A stretch of 64,000 bases of DNA from a virus (taxonomy: Duplodnaviria > Heunggongvirae > Uroviricota > Caudoviricetes), in IMG/VR virus record IMGVR_UViG_3300002542_000292; one strand, written 5' to 3'. Position 1 is the first letter of the stretch. Each line of letters opens with the position of its first letter. Shown here piece after piece: positions 26,115 through 36,223 of the stretch. Below the pieces are notes generated by a model that was not told where the DNA came from, ran no database searches, and saw nothing but the letters and a program-made list of their open reading frames with translations. The position numbers were made by a program, and so were the translations under genes.

Positions 26115-26561
26115 TCATCCATCCGAAAGTGGCGAAACCACGAGGATGTATCCCTGCTTTTCCTCTACCACGACTTTCGTTTCCGGCTTCAAAACGATGG
26201 AAGAATGAGTCGTGGCAGTCCATTCACCGTGCCCGACGATTTTCACCACACCATATTTTCCGAATTCGATGTCCTTGAGTACAATGGCTTCCTTTCCGAC
26301 CACGTCAAATTTTGTTTCCTTGTACCCCGGACTTCTTTTATGCACTTTTTCTGCCAACTTCGGCGTGATGGGAATGAGTGCCAAACTGACGACGGCGACG
26401 ATCAAGATCTGCAACCAAACCAAGTCTGGGAATATAGCCGCCACGATTGCGGCAATTCCGGCGCCTACTGCAAACCACAGAGCGTAGAAAGAGACGGTGA
26501 ATACTTCAACTATCGCAAGTGCAATAGCCAAAACCAACCAGAATACCCACATGGATTCCAT
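26115..26561 (-). CDS. NfeD-like membrane protein (partner of the SPFH gene)
   Basis: Three N-terminal TM helices plus a C-terminal beta-rich domain; immediately upstream of, and co-oriented with, the SPFH gene, as in nfeD-floA operons. Confidence 0.6.
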   Translation of the reverse strand: MESMWVFWLVLAIALAIVEVFTVSFYALWFAVGAGIAAIVAAIFPDLVWLQILIVAVVSLALIPITPKLAEKVHKRSPGYKETKFDVVGKEAIVLKDIEFGKYGVVKIVGHGEWTATTHSSIVLKPETKVVVEEKQGYILVVSPLSDG

Positions 26562-26697
26562 TCACACCTCCCATATCCATAATATCATGCATAAATCTTC
26601 AACGTCAATGAAGTTGAAAAGGTGGTTCCATTTATTGACCTACACAATCTGCATATGGTATGATTACATTGCAGATTGTCAGAAAGGAGGACAGGTG

Positions 26698-27900
26698 ATG
26701 TCCGTCTTCCGCATATTCCTAGTTTCTGTTATGGCAATCGTCCTAACGGTTTCATCATATGTGTACAGCACCTTTGCCATTTCAACTTCGGACAGGATTT
26801 CTGAAATAGAAGAACAAATAAGGGACCTAGATTCTCGCATGCAGGAACTGGGGATGGAAAAAGAAAAAACGTCCGAATACTTGGAAAGACTCAAGCAGTT
26901 CAAAGAAAGAACTGAACAATATCTGGATTCCATAGACGAGACCATGCTGTATGCACAAAGTCAGGCACAGGAAATAAAGAAACAGATGGAGGAAATGCAG
27001 GAAGATATAAGGCAGGCAGAAGAAGAACTTGCTGAAATAGAAGCCAGGGTGGAAAGAAAGCAGAATATCCTTGCCGCCAGACTCAGACATATGTATATGA
27101 TGGGATCCATGCCGTACTTGGAACTTCTTCTTTCTGCAGACAGTATTATGGACTTTTTCGTCCGATTGGAATATGTTACGTTCATAATACAGAACGACAA
27201 AGACATCGTAGAAAGCTTCAAGGCAGAAAAGGAGCTTGCGGAACAGAAGAAAAAAGAAATTGAAGAACAACTGCGCGAAGTAGAGAAGAAGCTTCTTCTG
27301 ATGGAACGGATGAATGTTCTCCTGAAAGAGGAGAAGGTGTACAAGAAAGAAGACGTGAAGAAGGCACAGGTACAGATAGCTTCCATGGAACGCATAACCG
27401 AAAAGCATGAACGGGAAATTGTAGAACTCGCACGGAAACAAAAGGAACTCATCGAACTGAAGGAGAGGTTGGAACTGGTCTACAAGGGCGGAGTCATGCT
27501 GTATCCACTTGAAGGGGGACAGTATCCGTTGACTTCCGGATTTGGAAAGAGGACGGACCCGATATCAGGAAAACCAGATGTCATGCACAACGGCATAGAC
27601 ATTGGTGCGCCAGGAGGGACCAACGTTCTGGCGGCAGCAGATGGCGTGGTGCTTGTGGCGGGGTGGCACGGTGGCTATGGCAATTGTGTGGTCATAGATC
27701 ACGGCGACGGAATTTGGACCGTTTACGGCCACATGCTTGACGACAGCCTGAAAGTAAGCGTGGGAGACCGCGTGGTTGCAGGAACTATTATCGGACAAGT
27801 AGGAACTACTGGCCGATCAACAGGCTATCACTTACATTTTGAAGTGAGAAAAAATCAGAAAGCTGTAGATCCTTTACCATATCTGGGCATTAATACGTAA
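26698..27900 (+). CDS. M23 (LytM) family metallo-endopeptidase with an N-terminal TM and a long coiled coil
   Basis: HNGIDIGAPGGT (HxxxD) and GYHLHFEV (HxH) catalytic motifs intact; AGGAGG RBS. Confidence 0.75.
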   Translation: MSVFRIFLVSVMAIVLTVSSYVYSTFAISTSDRISEIEEQIRDLDSRMQELGMEKEKTSEYLERLKQFKERTEQYLDSIDETMLYAQSQAQEIKKQMEEMQEDIRQAEEELAEIEARVERKQNILAARLRHMYMMGSMPYLELLLSADSIMDFFVRLEYVTFIIQNDKDIVESFKAEKELAEQKKKEIEEQLREVEKKLLLMERMNVLLKEEKVYKKEDVKKAQVQIASMERITEKHEREIVELARKQKELIELKERLELVYKGGVMLYPLEGGQYPLTSGFGKRTDPISGKPDVMHNGIDIGAPGGTNVLAAADGVVLVAGWHGGYGNCVVIDHGDGIWTVYGHMLDDSLKVSVGDRVVAGTIIGQVGTTGRSTGYHLHFEVRKNQKAVDPLPYLGINT

Positions 27901-28126
27901 TGTCCGAACTGATAAAAGAATACACTTAATACCACCAAAGTATGCTCCATTTGTATTTATTCTAAACATATGGAAATCGTATACACATACTCAATTTATT
28001 GACTATACATGTATATATGTGATAAAATATAAAACAGGACAGTCTGCACATTAAACGAAGAAATTATTTCTAAATATGCAGACATGATATATCGATGTAT
28101 ATAGTATACAGATAGGAGGGCTATGG

Positions 28127-28495
28127 ATGCTGGTGGTATATGCTTCTCGGACTAGTAATGTAGAACGTTTTGTTAATAAATTGGGTGTAAAGAAAATTAA
28201 AATATATGACAACTTGATAGTAGAAGAACCTTTTGTTTTAGCAACTTATACTACAGGTTTTGGTGAAGTTCCAAAAACAGTTCTAAATTTTCTAATTCGT
28301 AATAACAAATATTTAGTTGGCGTGATGGCTAGCGGCAATAAAAATTGGGGCAACAATTTTGCAAAAAGTGCCGATATTATATCTTCCATGTACAACGTTC
28401 CAATTGTAGGAAAATTTGAATTGTCCGGTTTTCATGACGAAGTCGAGAATATAAGGAAAGGACTGAGCAGACTTGCGGCACATATTGTTAAATAA
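28127..28495 (+). CDS. nrdI: NrdI flavodoxin-like protein
   Basis: MLVVYASRTSNVERFV... small flavodoxin-like protein directly upstream of nrdE; classic nrdIEF order. Confidence 0.75.
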   Translation: MLVVYASRTSNVERFVNKLGVKKIKIYDNLIVEEPFVLATYTTGFGEVPKTVLNFLIRNNKYLVGVMASGNKNWGNNFAKSADIISSMYNVPIVGKFELSGFHDEVENIRKGLSRLAAHIVK

Positions 28496-30557
28496 TGAGA
28501 TTACACAAAGAAGACCAGATGGTTTTTTCCAATTGGAAAAAGATAAAGAGGCTATTGCAGAATACAAAAAGTTTATAAATGACAAGAAAATGAAATGGAA
28601 TAGTATTGCGGAGCGTGTATCATATTTAATTCAAAATAAGTATTATGAGGATTTTCTACAACATTATGATCTTATGGACGTAATACACATTTTTGAACTG
28701 GCACATAGTTATAACTTTGAATTTCAATCCTTCATGGCAATAAGTAAATTTTACGGGGATTATGCACTCAAATCGCAGGACGGCAAATTGTATCTAGAAG
28801 ACTATCCCGATAGGGTAGCAACTTGTGCATTGCATCTCGCACAAGGGGATGTACAAAAGGCTAAAATTTATGTAGACACTATGATGAAACAGTTTGTACA
28901 ACCCGCTACACCTACCTTCTTCAATGCAGGAAGATATCACAGAGGGGAACTTGTTTCTTGCTTCCTCATTGAAATGGATGATAATATCAATTCTATTTCT
29001 TATTATCTTGGTGTATGTATGCAACTGTCCAAAATTGGTGGCGGTGTTGCAGTAAACTTGTCAAAAATACGCGGACGCGGTGAACCTGTAAAAGAAAATG
29101 ATGGTACTGCCAAAGGTATATTGCCTATCATGCGGATAATGGAAGACATTTTTTCTTACGTTGACCAAGGTGGCCAGAGAAAAGGTTCAGGCGCTGCTTA
29201 CTACAACATATTTGGTTGGGATGTTCAGGAATTTTTAGACTGTAAAAAAATTAATGTTGATGAAAAAATACGGATTCCCACCTTGTCTATCGGACTAATC
29301 GTACCAAATAAATTTTACGAATTAGCTGAAAAGAACCAACCCCTATACGTGTTCGGTCCATATTCTGTTTACAAAGAATATGGTGTACACCTTGATGATA
29401 TGGATATGGATGAGATGTATGATAAACTCATTGCTAATCCCAACGTTCGCAAAAAAGTTATAATGACTGCAAGAGAAATGTTGATCAAAATTGCAATTAC
29501 GCAACTTGAATCTGGTTATCCATATATTATGAATAAAACAAACGCCAATGTTCATCATGCCTTGAAGGACATAGGTCCAGTAAGAATGTCTAATCTTTGC
29601 ACGGAAATTTTCCAATTAAGTGAACCGTCCATTATTACCGATGAAGGAGAACCAAATTACGTAGGCAGGGACATCAGCTGCAATTTAGCGTCGCTAAACA
29701 TAGTAAATGTCATAGAAAGCAAAAAGATTAAACAATCTGTATACCATGGCATGGATATGTTGACTGATGTAAGTGACATGTCTGATATCAAGAACGCTGC
29801 CAGTATCGCTAGGGCAAACAGAGAACTCCATTCTGTAGGACTTGGCGTTATGAATTTGGCAGGAATGTTTGTCAAGTATAAAATACCGTATGAAAGTGAA
29901 GAAGCGAAAGATTTTGCACGCACGTTTTTCATGATGGTCAATTTCTATTCTTTAGAAAGAAGTATGCAAATTGCCAAGGAACGAAATATGGTATTTGCTG
30001 GATTTGAAAAATCGGAATATGCAAAAGGCACATATTTTGACATGTATTTAGACAATGCATATTACCCAACTAAAGAAAAAATCAAAGAACTGTTTAGCGG
30101 AATTTACGTTCCAACACCGGAAGATTGGAAGAAATTAAAAGAACAAGTACAAGCATATGGTCTGTATCATGCTTATAGATTAGCAATCGCACCTACTCAA
30201 AGCATTTCGTATATCCAAAATTCTACAGCTAGTGTAATGCCTGTAGTGGATGTTATTGAATCCAGAACTTATGACAAGTCCACCACCTATTACCCTATGC
30301 CGTATCTGACACCGGAAAATATGTTTTATTACAAGTCTGCATACAATATGGACCAATTCAAGGTAATTGATTTGATTGCAGAGATACAGAAACATGTAGA
30401 CCAGGGAATTTCCACTGTACTCCATGTAAAAAGCGACATCGCTACTAACCAGCTTGCACGCTATTATATTTATGCAGCAAAAAAAGGACTCAAATCACTA
30501 TATTATACTAGAACACGTAATTCGAATCATGAGGAATGTTTGACTTGTGCAGTATAA
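28473..30557 (+). CDS. nrdE: Ribonucleotide reductase class Ib alpha subunit
   Basis: N-terminus aligns with Bacillus NrdE (LNNEI..DKDKEA); C-terminal ...CLTCAV tail; 694 aa. Confidence 0.85.
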   Translation: MRHILLNNEITQRRPDGFFQLEKDKEAIAEYKKFINDKKMKWNSIAERVSYLIQNKYYEDFLQHYDLMDVIHIFELAHSYNFEFQSFMAISKFYGDYALKSQDGKLYLEDYPDRVATCALHLAQGDVQKAKIYVDTMMKQFVQPATPTFFNAGRYHRGELVSCFLIEMDDNINSISYYLGVCMQLSKIGGGVAVNLSKIRGRGEPVKENDGTAKGILPIMRIMEDIFSYVDQGGQRKGSGAAYYNIFGWDVQEFLDCKKINVDEKIRIPTLSIGLIVPNKFYELAEKNQPLYVFGPYSVYKEYGVHLDDMDMDEMYDKLIANPNVRKKVIMTAREMLIKIAITQLESGYPYIMNKTNANVHHALKDIGPVRMSNLCTEIFQLSEPSIITDEGEPNYVGRDISCNLASLNIVNVIESKKIKQSVYHGMDMLTDVSDMSDIKNAASIARANRELHSVGLGVMNLAGMFVKYKIPYESEEAKDFARTFFMMVNFYSLERSMQIAKERNMVFAGFEKSEYAKGTYFDMYLDNAYYPTKEKIKELFSGIYVPTPEDWKKLKEQVQAYGLYHAYRLAIAPTQSISYIQNSTASVMPVVDVIESRTYDKSTTYYPMPYLTPENMFYYKSAYNMDQFKVIDLIAEIQKHVDQGISTVLHVKSDIATNQLARYYIYAAKKGLKSLYYTRTRNSNHEECLTCAV

Positions 30558-30628
30558 ATTGATGACGGGTTTAGATGGAAATATGCAAACCCGTTTTAAA
30601 GTCTCATTTGATACATGGGGGAATGCCG

Positions 30629-31600
30629 ATGCTGAAAGCTGTAAATTGGAACAAGCTGGAGGATGATTACAGTTTAACTTTTTGGAATCAGAATGTGATG
30701 CAAATTTGGACAGATAAAGAGATACCTCTTGCTAATGACCAAATGGTATGGATGAAGTTATCGAAGGAAGAACAAGAAACCTACATGAAGGTACTTGGTG
30801 GATTGACGTTGTTAGATACCATGCAAGGTGATGACGGCATGCCCAATATTGGGAAGCATGTCGAAGGACTGCAAAGAAAAGCAGTCTTGAGTGTAATGGG
30901 ATTTATGGAACACATGCATGCAAAATCCTATAGTAGTATATTTACGACACTAGCCAGCAATGAACAAATTGACTCTCTGTTCGCATGGATACACAAACAT
31001 CTTACGTTGCAGGAAAAATCATCGATCATTTTAGATTGTTACACAAATATCAAATCTAAGAAGGATTTATATGTGGCAATGGCAGCTTCTGTAGCTTTGG
31101 AAAGTTTTCTTTTCTACAGTGGGTTTTTCTATCCGCTATATCTCGCTGGTCAAGGAAAAATGACAGCCAGTGGGGAAATTATTGATTTGATCCTACGTGA
31201 TGAAAGCATCCACGGTTTGTATGTTGGAATGCTTGCACAGGAAATTTTCTCTGAACTATCTCCCAATGAACAAGACGAAGTTCAAGAAAAAGTGTATAAT
31301 TTGTTCAGAATACTTTATCAACTGGAAATTAAATACACTACAGAATTGTACAAGAATGTGGGTTTGGTAGATGAAGTGACGAATTTTGTGATATATAACG
31401 GACAGAAAGCCCTTATGAATTTGGGGGTGAATTACACTGTGGTGTTCCCTAACGAAGTGCAAGTGAATCCAATTGTCCTCAACGGAATAAATACGCAGAC
31501 GAAACACCACGATTTCTTCTCTAAGAAAGGTAATGGGTATGTAAAAGCCCTTAATGTACATCCGCTCACAGACGAAGACTTTGTGTTTCCCAACCTTTGA
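30629..31600 (+). CDS. nrdF: Ribonucleotide reductase class Ib beta subunit
   Basis: Near-collinear with B. subtilis NrdF as recalled (WNKLEDDY, LTLLDT, SGEIIDLILRDESIHG, VLNGINTQTKHHDFFSKKGNGY). Confidence 0.85.
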   Translation: MLKAVNWNKLEDDYSLTFWNQNVMQIWTDKEIPLANDQMVWMKLSKEEQETYMKVLGGLTLLDTMQGDDGMPNIGKHVEGLQRKAVLSVMGFMEHMHAKSYSSIFTTLASNEQIDSLFAWIHKHLTLQEKSSIILDCYTNIKSKKDLYVAMAASVALESFLFYSGFFYPLYLAGQGKMTASGEIIDLILRDESIHGLYVGMLAQEIFSELSPNEQDEVQEKVYNLFRILYQLEIKYTTELYKNVGLVDEVTNFVIYNGQKALMNLGVNYTVVFPNEVQVNPIVLNGINTQTKHHDFFSKKGNGYVKALNVHPLTDEDFVFPNL

Positions 31601-31831
31601 TATACAAATATGTTGTGTAAACGGGAAGGCATATCGGAATTTTAACCGATATGCCATTCTTTTTAATTTACCAAATTGAGATATCTCATTGTTCACGGAA
31701 GAATTTTCTAGCATTCCCATATGGGATGCTTCCTGTATTAAAAAGCCTGTGCAATGGAGTATACATTAACACTAATTACATACAATTGGTAATGAAAACG
31801 AAAGGACTGCATAATATGCAGTCCTTTTGCC

Positions 31832-32308
31832 TTACATTTCCACTAGATGGAAGTATTTAATATCATTTTTGCTAACAGGTCCCAAACCTAATGTGTTTAA
31901 ATGATCAACAAACCACTCAGTGAATTTATCACGTGTCATGTTTAAACCAAGCAGTATTTCGTGCGCCTGTACACCCACTACGAGCAATTGTTCTTCGGAT
32001 TCGATGTCCCATTCGGAACCGCCTGCGGGCATTCCCATGTAACACCGTATCCAATTGTGTCTGTAAACCATCTGACGAATAATATTCACGGCAACTTGGT
32101 TATACAAGTTATATTTTGCAATGGCGAGTCTGACCATATCTGCATCTGATATCTGATCTTGTTCTTCATGAGGAATACAAGCCCGTCCAAGTTCCAAGTA
32201 TCTGTCTTTGTCCCTTTCGACAACTTTCATAAGTTGTGTATCATCAAGTTGGTCGACAGAATTTTTGGCATCTATGGACACGCCGATCAGATGGTATATC
32301 TTGTACAT
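31832..32308 (-). CDS. Hypothetical protein (158 aa)
   Basis: GGGGTGGAA RBS then ATG. Confidence 0.5.
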   Translation of the reverse strand: MYKIYHLIGVSIDAKNSVDQLDDTQLMKVVERDKDRYLELGRACIPHEEQDQISDADMVRLAIAKYNLYNQVAVNIIRQMVYRHNWIRCYMGMPAGGSEWDIESEEQLLVVGVQAHEILLGLNMTRDKFTEWFVDHLNTLGLGPVSKNDIKYFHLVEM

Positions 32309-32456
32309 AGTTCCACCCCACATTCATCCTACGTAGGATTATAACATAAGGCACTTCCGGCAGTCAATTGTAATGAACTACAAGTATTGCGTGCAGAAGC
32401 TTCTTGTGGTACAATTTCCATGTAATAAGATACTTGTGTAAGGAGTGTGTGCAATT

Positions 32457-33107
32457 GTGAATGCTGTTCGTCTAAGTCATGTCCACAGTCGTTTGGAAAG
32501 CATCTTGAAGGAGATATCTCATCTGCGTCACGAAATGGCCCAAATAATCGGAAGCGACGATGCACTCGCCCACATGTTGTTTATGAAACAGCACAATCTG
32601 TACTACATTGATCTGGATGAAGTTACACAGCCGCTGACCAAGTTCAAGGAATCCTTGGAAGACTGGATGGATGCAAAATCGAATGCAGTTTTGTGGCAGT
32701 CCATAAGTGGTCACTTCCGTACGAACCATTGCAATCGAGATGTAGATGAACACATGTCGGCATGGGAGTTACTCAAGCCCATAGCAGGCAATGTTCCCTA
32801 CAATGCTGTGTGGGGAAGATGTTCGGCGGCTTTGGAAGCACGTGGCGACGTGAATGCAGCCGATGTAGCGGAATTCGCCAGCTACAGCCTGCAACCAGTG
32901 TTTTCCAAGATCGACTTGAGCAGGATTGATGCTGCAAAGTACGTCGAAATGTTCGGACTATTCAGCATAAAACCCGATGAGTGGTGGCTCATCAAAGATC
33001 AAAAGATCAAAGATGAACACCTGCGGGAAGCGGTGATGGTAGAATTCATCTTGGCTGTGCTGAATGCCATGGGATTCGACATCCAACATATCCACAGCTA
33101 CGTCTGA
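32457..33107 (+). CDS. Hypothetical protein
   Basis: GTG about 11 nt after GTGTAAGGAGTG; the ORF-track start at 32445 would overlap the RBS itself. Confidence 0.45.
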   Translation: MNAVRLSHVHSRLESILKEISHLRHEMAQIIGSDDALAHMLFMKQHNLYYIDLDEVTQPLTKFKESLEDWMDAKSNAVLWQSISGHFRTNHCNRDVDEHMSAWELLKPIAGNVPYNAVWGRCSAALEARGDVNAADVAEFASYSLQPVFSKIDLSRIDAAKYVEMFGLFSIKPDEWWLIKDQKIKDEHLREAVMVEFILAVLNAMGFDIQHIHSYV

Positions 33108-33162
33108 ACATATGCCAAGCAAATGATTAATCAATATGTAAAATGTGTGAGGTGTCTATGCA

Positions 33163-33666
33163 ATGTTTACGATCAACAAAAAGAATGTCTGGGATTTGCC
33201 CAATTCCTTCATTCAGGTGATCTTCGATCAAGACAAAGTCTTACCCAGCGAAGAATCGTTCGACCTGTTCAAAGAACCCCACAAATTCCGTGATTTTCTC
33301 GTTGAACTCAACCTTTACGTCAGGGGCGGCATGGTCGAACATTATGAAGCAGTGTTCGAAGATATGCGGAAATTGGTCACGTCTCCTTCTTCCTTCCACA
33401 AGAAGGGAATTCTCGACATTCCGGAAGACGACCGCGTGTTCATCATTGTGTACATCCAACACAATGATGGAGATCGCCAGATCGAAACCGTGCAACTCCT
33501 TCTCGACCAAAAATACGCCATCTACACCAAGTCCACTGTAAAAGATGCAAAGATGCATACCTTTATGGTGAACGGCGAACAATTCGATCTGGGCATACTG
33601 TCGGAAGAAGACAGGAACAAAGTCGTGCAGCGCTATCTGGGTCAGGGAATCCACTACAATTTCTGA
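33163..33666 (+). CDS. Hypothetical protein (167 aa)
   Basis: GAGGTG RBS. Confidence 0.5.
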   Translation: MFTINKKNVWDLPNSFIQVIFDQDKVLPSEESFDLFKEPHKFRDFLVELNLYVRGGMVEHYEAVFEDMRKLVTSPSSFHKKGILDIPEDDRVFIIVYIQHNDGDRQIETVQLLLDQKYAIYTKSTVKDAKMHTFMVNGEQFDLGILSEEDRNKVVQRYLGQGIHYNF

Positions 33667-33690
33667 TCGTCCAAACAAAAAGAGAAGCTG

Positions 33691-35469
33691 TCATATAGAC
33701 AGCTTCTCTTTTTTATATTCGTCGACGATTTGTACCAAAGTTTCTTGATCCATGAATCGATGTTCGATAAGGTATACAGCAATGCGTTCCACGAGTTCGA
33801 AGTTGTCATGTATGAGGGATTTGGTTTCTTCATACATTTTGTTTCGAATCTTCGCTACACTTTCCTGCACGCGTTCGTCATCTTCCCCGACGTTTTCTGC
33901 AAACAGATTCTTAGCGTCTTCTGCCATGCCGTACTTCGTCACATAGGCAAACAAGATGCGATTAATTTGCCGCAGATCGTCTGCAGCACCCGTTGTGTAG
34001 TCTCCATCGAGCATCTTTTCTTCGACTATTCTGCCACCGAGCAGCATCTTTACCCGATTCTCGATGTGACTTTTGCGCCACAGAACACTATCCCCATCTA
34101 TTGGTGCTACGTGACCAAGTGCCTTGTTATACGACTTTACGGTAATATATGCTACAGACTTGGCACCTTCCGGATGGAGGAGACATCTTACCGTGGCATG
34201 GCCGGCTTCATGGTACGCAATGATGCGAAGTTCGTCTTCCGACGGTTTGTAGTCGGTCTCTATGCCGACTGTGCTCCGTATGATTGCTTCCCTCAGACAT
34301 TCGGCGTCCACAATATCTTTCTTGTATCGATGTGCCAGACTGCAAGCATCGTTGACTATCTGTCTGATGTCTGCCGCACACTTGCCGTTTGTCCGTACAG
34401 CAAGAAAGTTTATGAAGTCTTCTTCCATGACTTTGGGATCGAGGACATCTTTCCTACGGTCGAGATACATGCGGAAAATGGCTTTTCTGTCTTTGAAATC
34501 GGGCTGCGGTACGTTTATCGTCTTGTCAAACCTTCCTGCACGTACGAGTGCCGAATCCAGCTTGTCCGCCATGTTGGTAGCTGCTATGAACAAAATGTGG
34601 TCATCTTTGTCAAATCCGTCCATGGCAGTAAGAAGGGTGTTGAGCGTTTGGTTGGTTTCCACTACCGTCCGCTTTTCTCTGGCAACGCCGATGGCATCAA
34701 TTTCGTCAATGAAGAGTATTGCCCTACCGTGTATTTCCGATTGTTTCTTTACATCGTTCAACACCTTTTCCAACCTGCGGCTTCCGCTGCCGACGAATTT
34801 GTTTTCTATGCGGGAAGCAGAAATGTGGAAGAACGGTGTGCCGCTTTCTCCGGCGATGGCACGTGCACACAGAGTCTTACCATTGCCCGGAGGTCCTGTC
34901 AAGAGGAGTCCTTTGGGTATGTGTACACCGTATTTTTTGTAGGACTGTGGGTTCCTTAACATATCTACATATTCTTTCAGTTCTTCCTTTAACCGTTCAT
35001 ATCCCGCTATATCATCGAAAGAGGTGTCCACATCGGTAGACTTACTGACGTAAATGTCTTCCGAAACCATCGATACCATATATCGGAGAAATACCAAGAT
35101 GAGTATCAAGACAATGGCACTGAAAAGTCCGGAAACAATAGATTTCCCAATGTTCATGGGGTTGGTCTTGAAAGATACTTCCACCCCATGTTCGGCAAGC
35201 AGATCGAGAATCGTCGGGTTGAAGGACAAATAGAGGCTCGGGTACCTCACGGCATAGTATTCGTCGCCTATTTTGTATCTGAGCGTAGCCTCGCTTTCGT
35301 AGTTATGTACATATTCTATCTTTTCTACGTCTTCCGACTGCAGAATATTCATAAATTCCGTGAGGGATTGTGATTTGTACATCTTGTCGAGTTGCCATGA
35401 TTTGATAAACATCATTCCGATGACTGTGATAACGAGTATCACAGCACCTATCAGAAGTTTCTTTTTCAT
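33691..35469 (-). CDS. FtsH-like AAA+ zinc metalloprotease
   Basis: N-terminal TM, Walker A GPPGNGKT, Walker B ILFIDEID, then HEAGHA zinc-binding motif. Confidence 0.8.
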   Translation of the reverse strand: MKKKLLIGAVILVITVIGMMFIKSWQLDKMYKSQSLTEFMNILQSEDVEKIEYVHNYESEATLRYKIGDEYYAVRYPSLYLSFNPTILDLLAEHGVEVSFKTNPMNIGKSIVSGLFSAIVLILILVFLRYMVSMVSEDIYVSKSTDVDTSFDDIAGYERLKEELKEYVDMLRNPQSYKKYGVHIPKGLLLTGPPGNGKTLCARAIAGESGTPFFHISASRIENKFVGSGSRRLEKVLNDVKKQSEIHGRAILFIDEIDAIGVAREKRTVVETNQTLNTLLTAMDGFDKDDHILFIAATNMADKLDSALVRAGRFDKTINVPQPDFKDRKAIFRMYLDRRKDVLDPKVMEEDFINFLAVRTNGKCAADIRQIVNDACSLAHRYKKDIVDAECLREAIIRSTVGIETDYKPSEDELRIIAYHEAGHATVRCLLHPEGAKSVAYITVKSYNKALGHVAPIDGDSVLWRKSHIENRVKMLLGGRIVEEKMLDGDYTTGAADDLRQINRILFAYVTKYGMAEDAKNLFAENVGEDDERVQESVAKIRNKMYEETKSLIHDNFELVERIAVYLIEHRFMDQETLVQIVDEYKKEKLSI

Positions 35470-35602
35470 TGTATACCTCCTAGTGCGCGTTCATATATGA
35501 AGTTTATCATATGGAGGACCGTTCGTTCAATTATGTTACGTTCTGTTCGAAGTATTGACTTATCATCCGTCCGTGCATTACAATTGTGATAAGTAAGTAT
35601 GT

Positions 35603-36223
35603 GTGGTGATACATATGTCCAAATTGAACGAACACAAAAAGCTATACAAATTCCTCAACGAAGCTCGCAAACGTTGCAAAACTATGGCCAATGCATACGT
35701 GGAAAACTTTGTACGTCTACAGCATGCACATGCCGAAAAAGAACGTCTTATCAATTTGATGATAGAAGAACAACAAAGGCGCAATACGTTCTTCAGCAAA
35801 GTCAAGAACATAATCGGAAAAGCTGACGACAATACGCCGTTGGAACAGTACAGAACAATGGCGGAATCGTGCGATGCAACGATCGAAGAATTGACCAAGG
35901 CGAATTATGAATATGGTAAGCAGGTACATGACGACATTGCGACCATGGATGCCGTAACGGGTAGACTCATGGAAAAACACGATCTTCTGCAGAAGCAAGT
36001 GGAACAATATATGCATGTAAAGACAGATACCTGGGTGAAGGAAATGCATCTGAACCAACATTTCCCCAGGTATTCTGAAACGATGCGAAAGTGCGAAGCT
36101 GTACTCATGTTCCTCAAAGAGTACATCATCAAACGGATGGACATCGACGATGCCAAATCTTTACGTTCGTCTGCGTCCAATGCGCCCATGACGGTCAGAC
36201 GACGTCACCACCTTGGAGTATAA
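35603..36223 (+). CDS. Hypothetical coiled-coil protein (206 aa)
   Basis: ORF only; 3' end overlaps the convergent J-domain gene by ~60 nt. Confidence 0.4.
   Translation: MVIHMSKLNEHKKLYKFLNEARKRCKTMANAYVENFVRLQHAHAEKERLINLMIEEQQRRNTFFSKVKNIIGKADDNTPLEQYRTMAESCDATIEELTKANYEYGKQVHDDIATMDAVTGRLMEKHDLLQKQVEQYMHVKTDTWVKEMHLNQHFPRYSETMRKCEAVLMFLKEYIIKRMDIDDAKSLRSSASNAPMTVRRRHHLGV

Noticed and set aside
33730-34959. 409-aa and 226-aa plus-strand ORFs inside the FtsH-like gene
   Set aside because: Antisense to a gene with unambiguous AAA+ and HEAGH motifs; Cys/Phe-rich composition typical of spurious antisense frames
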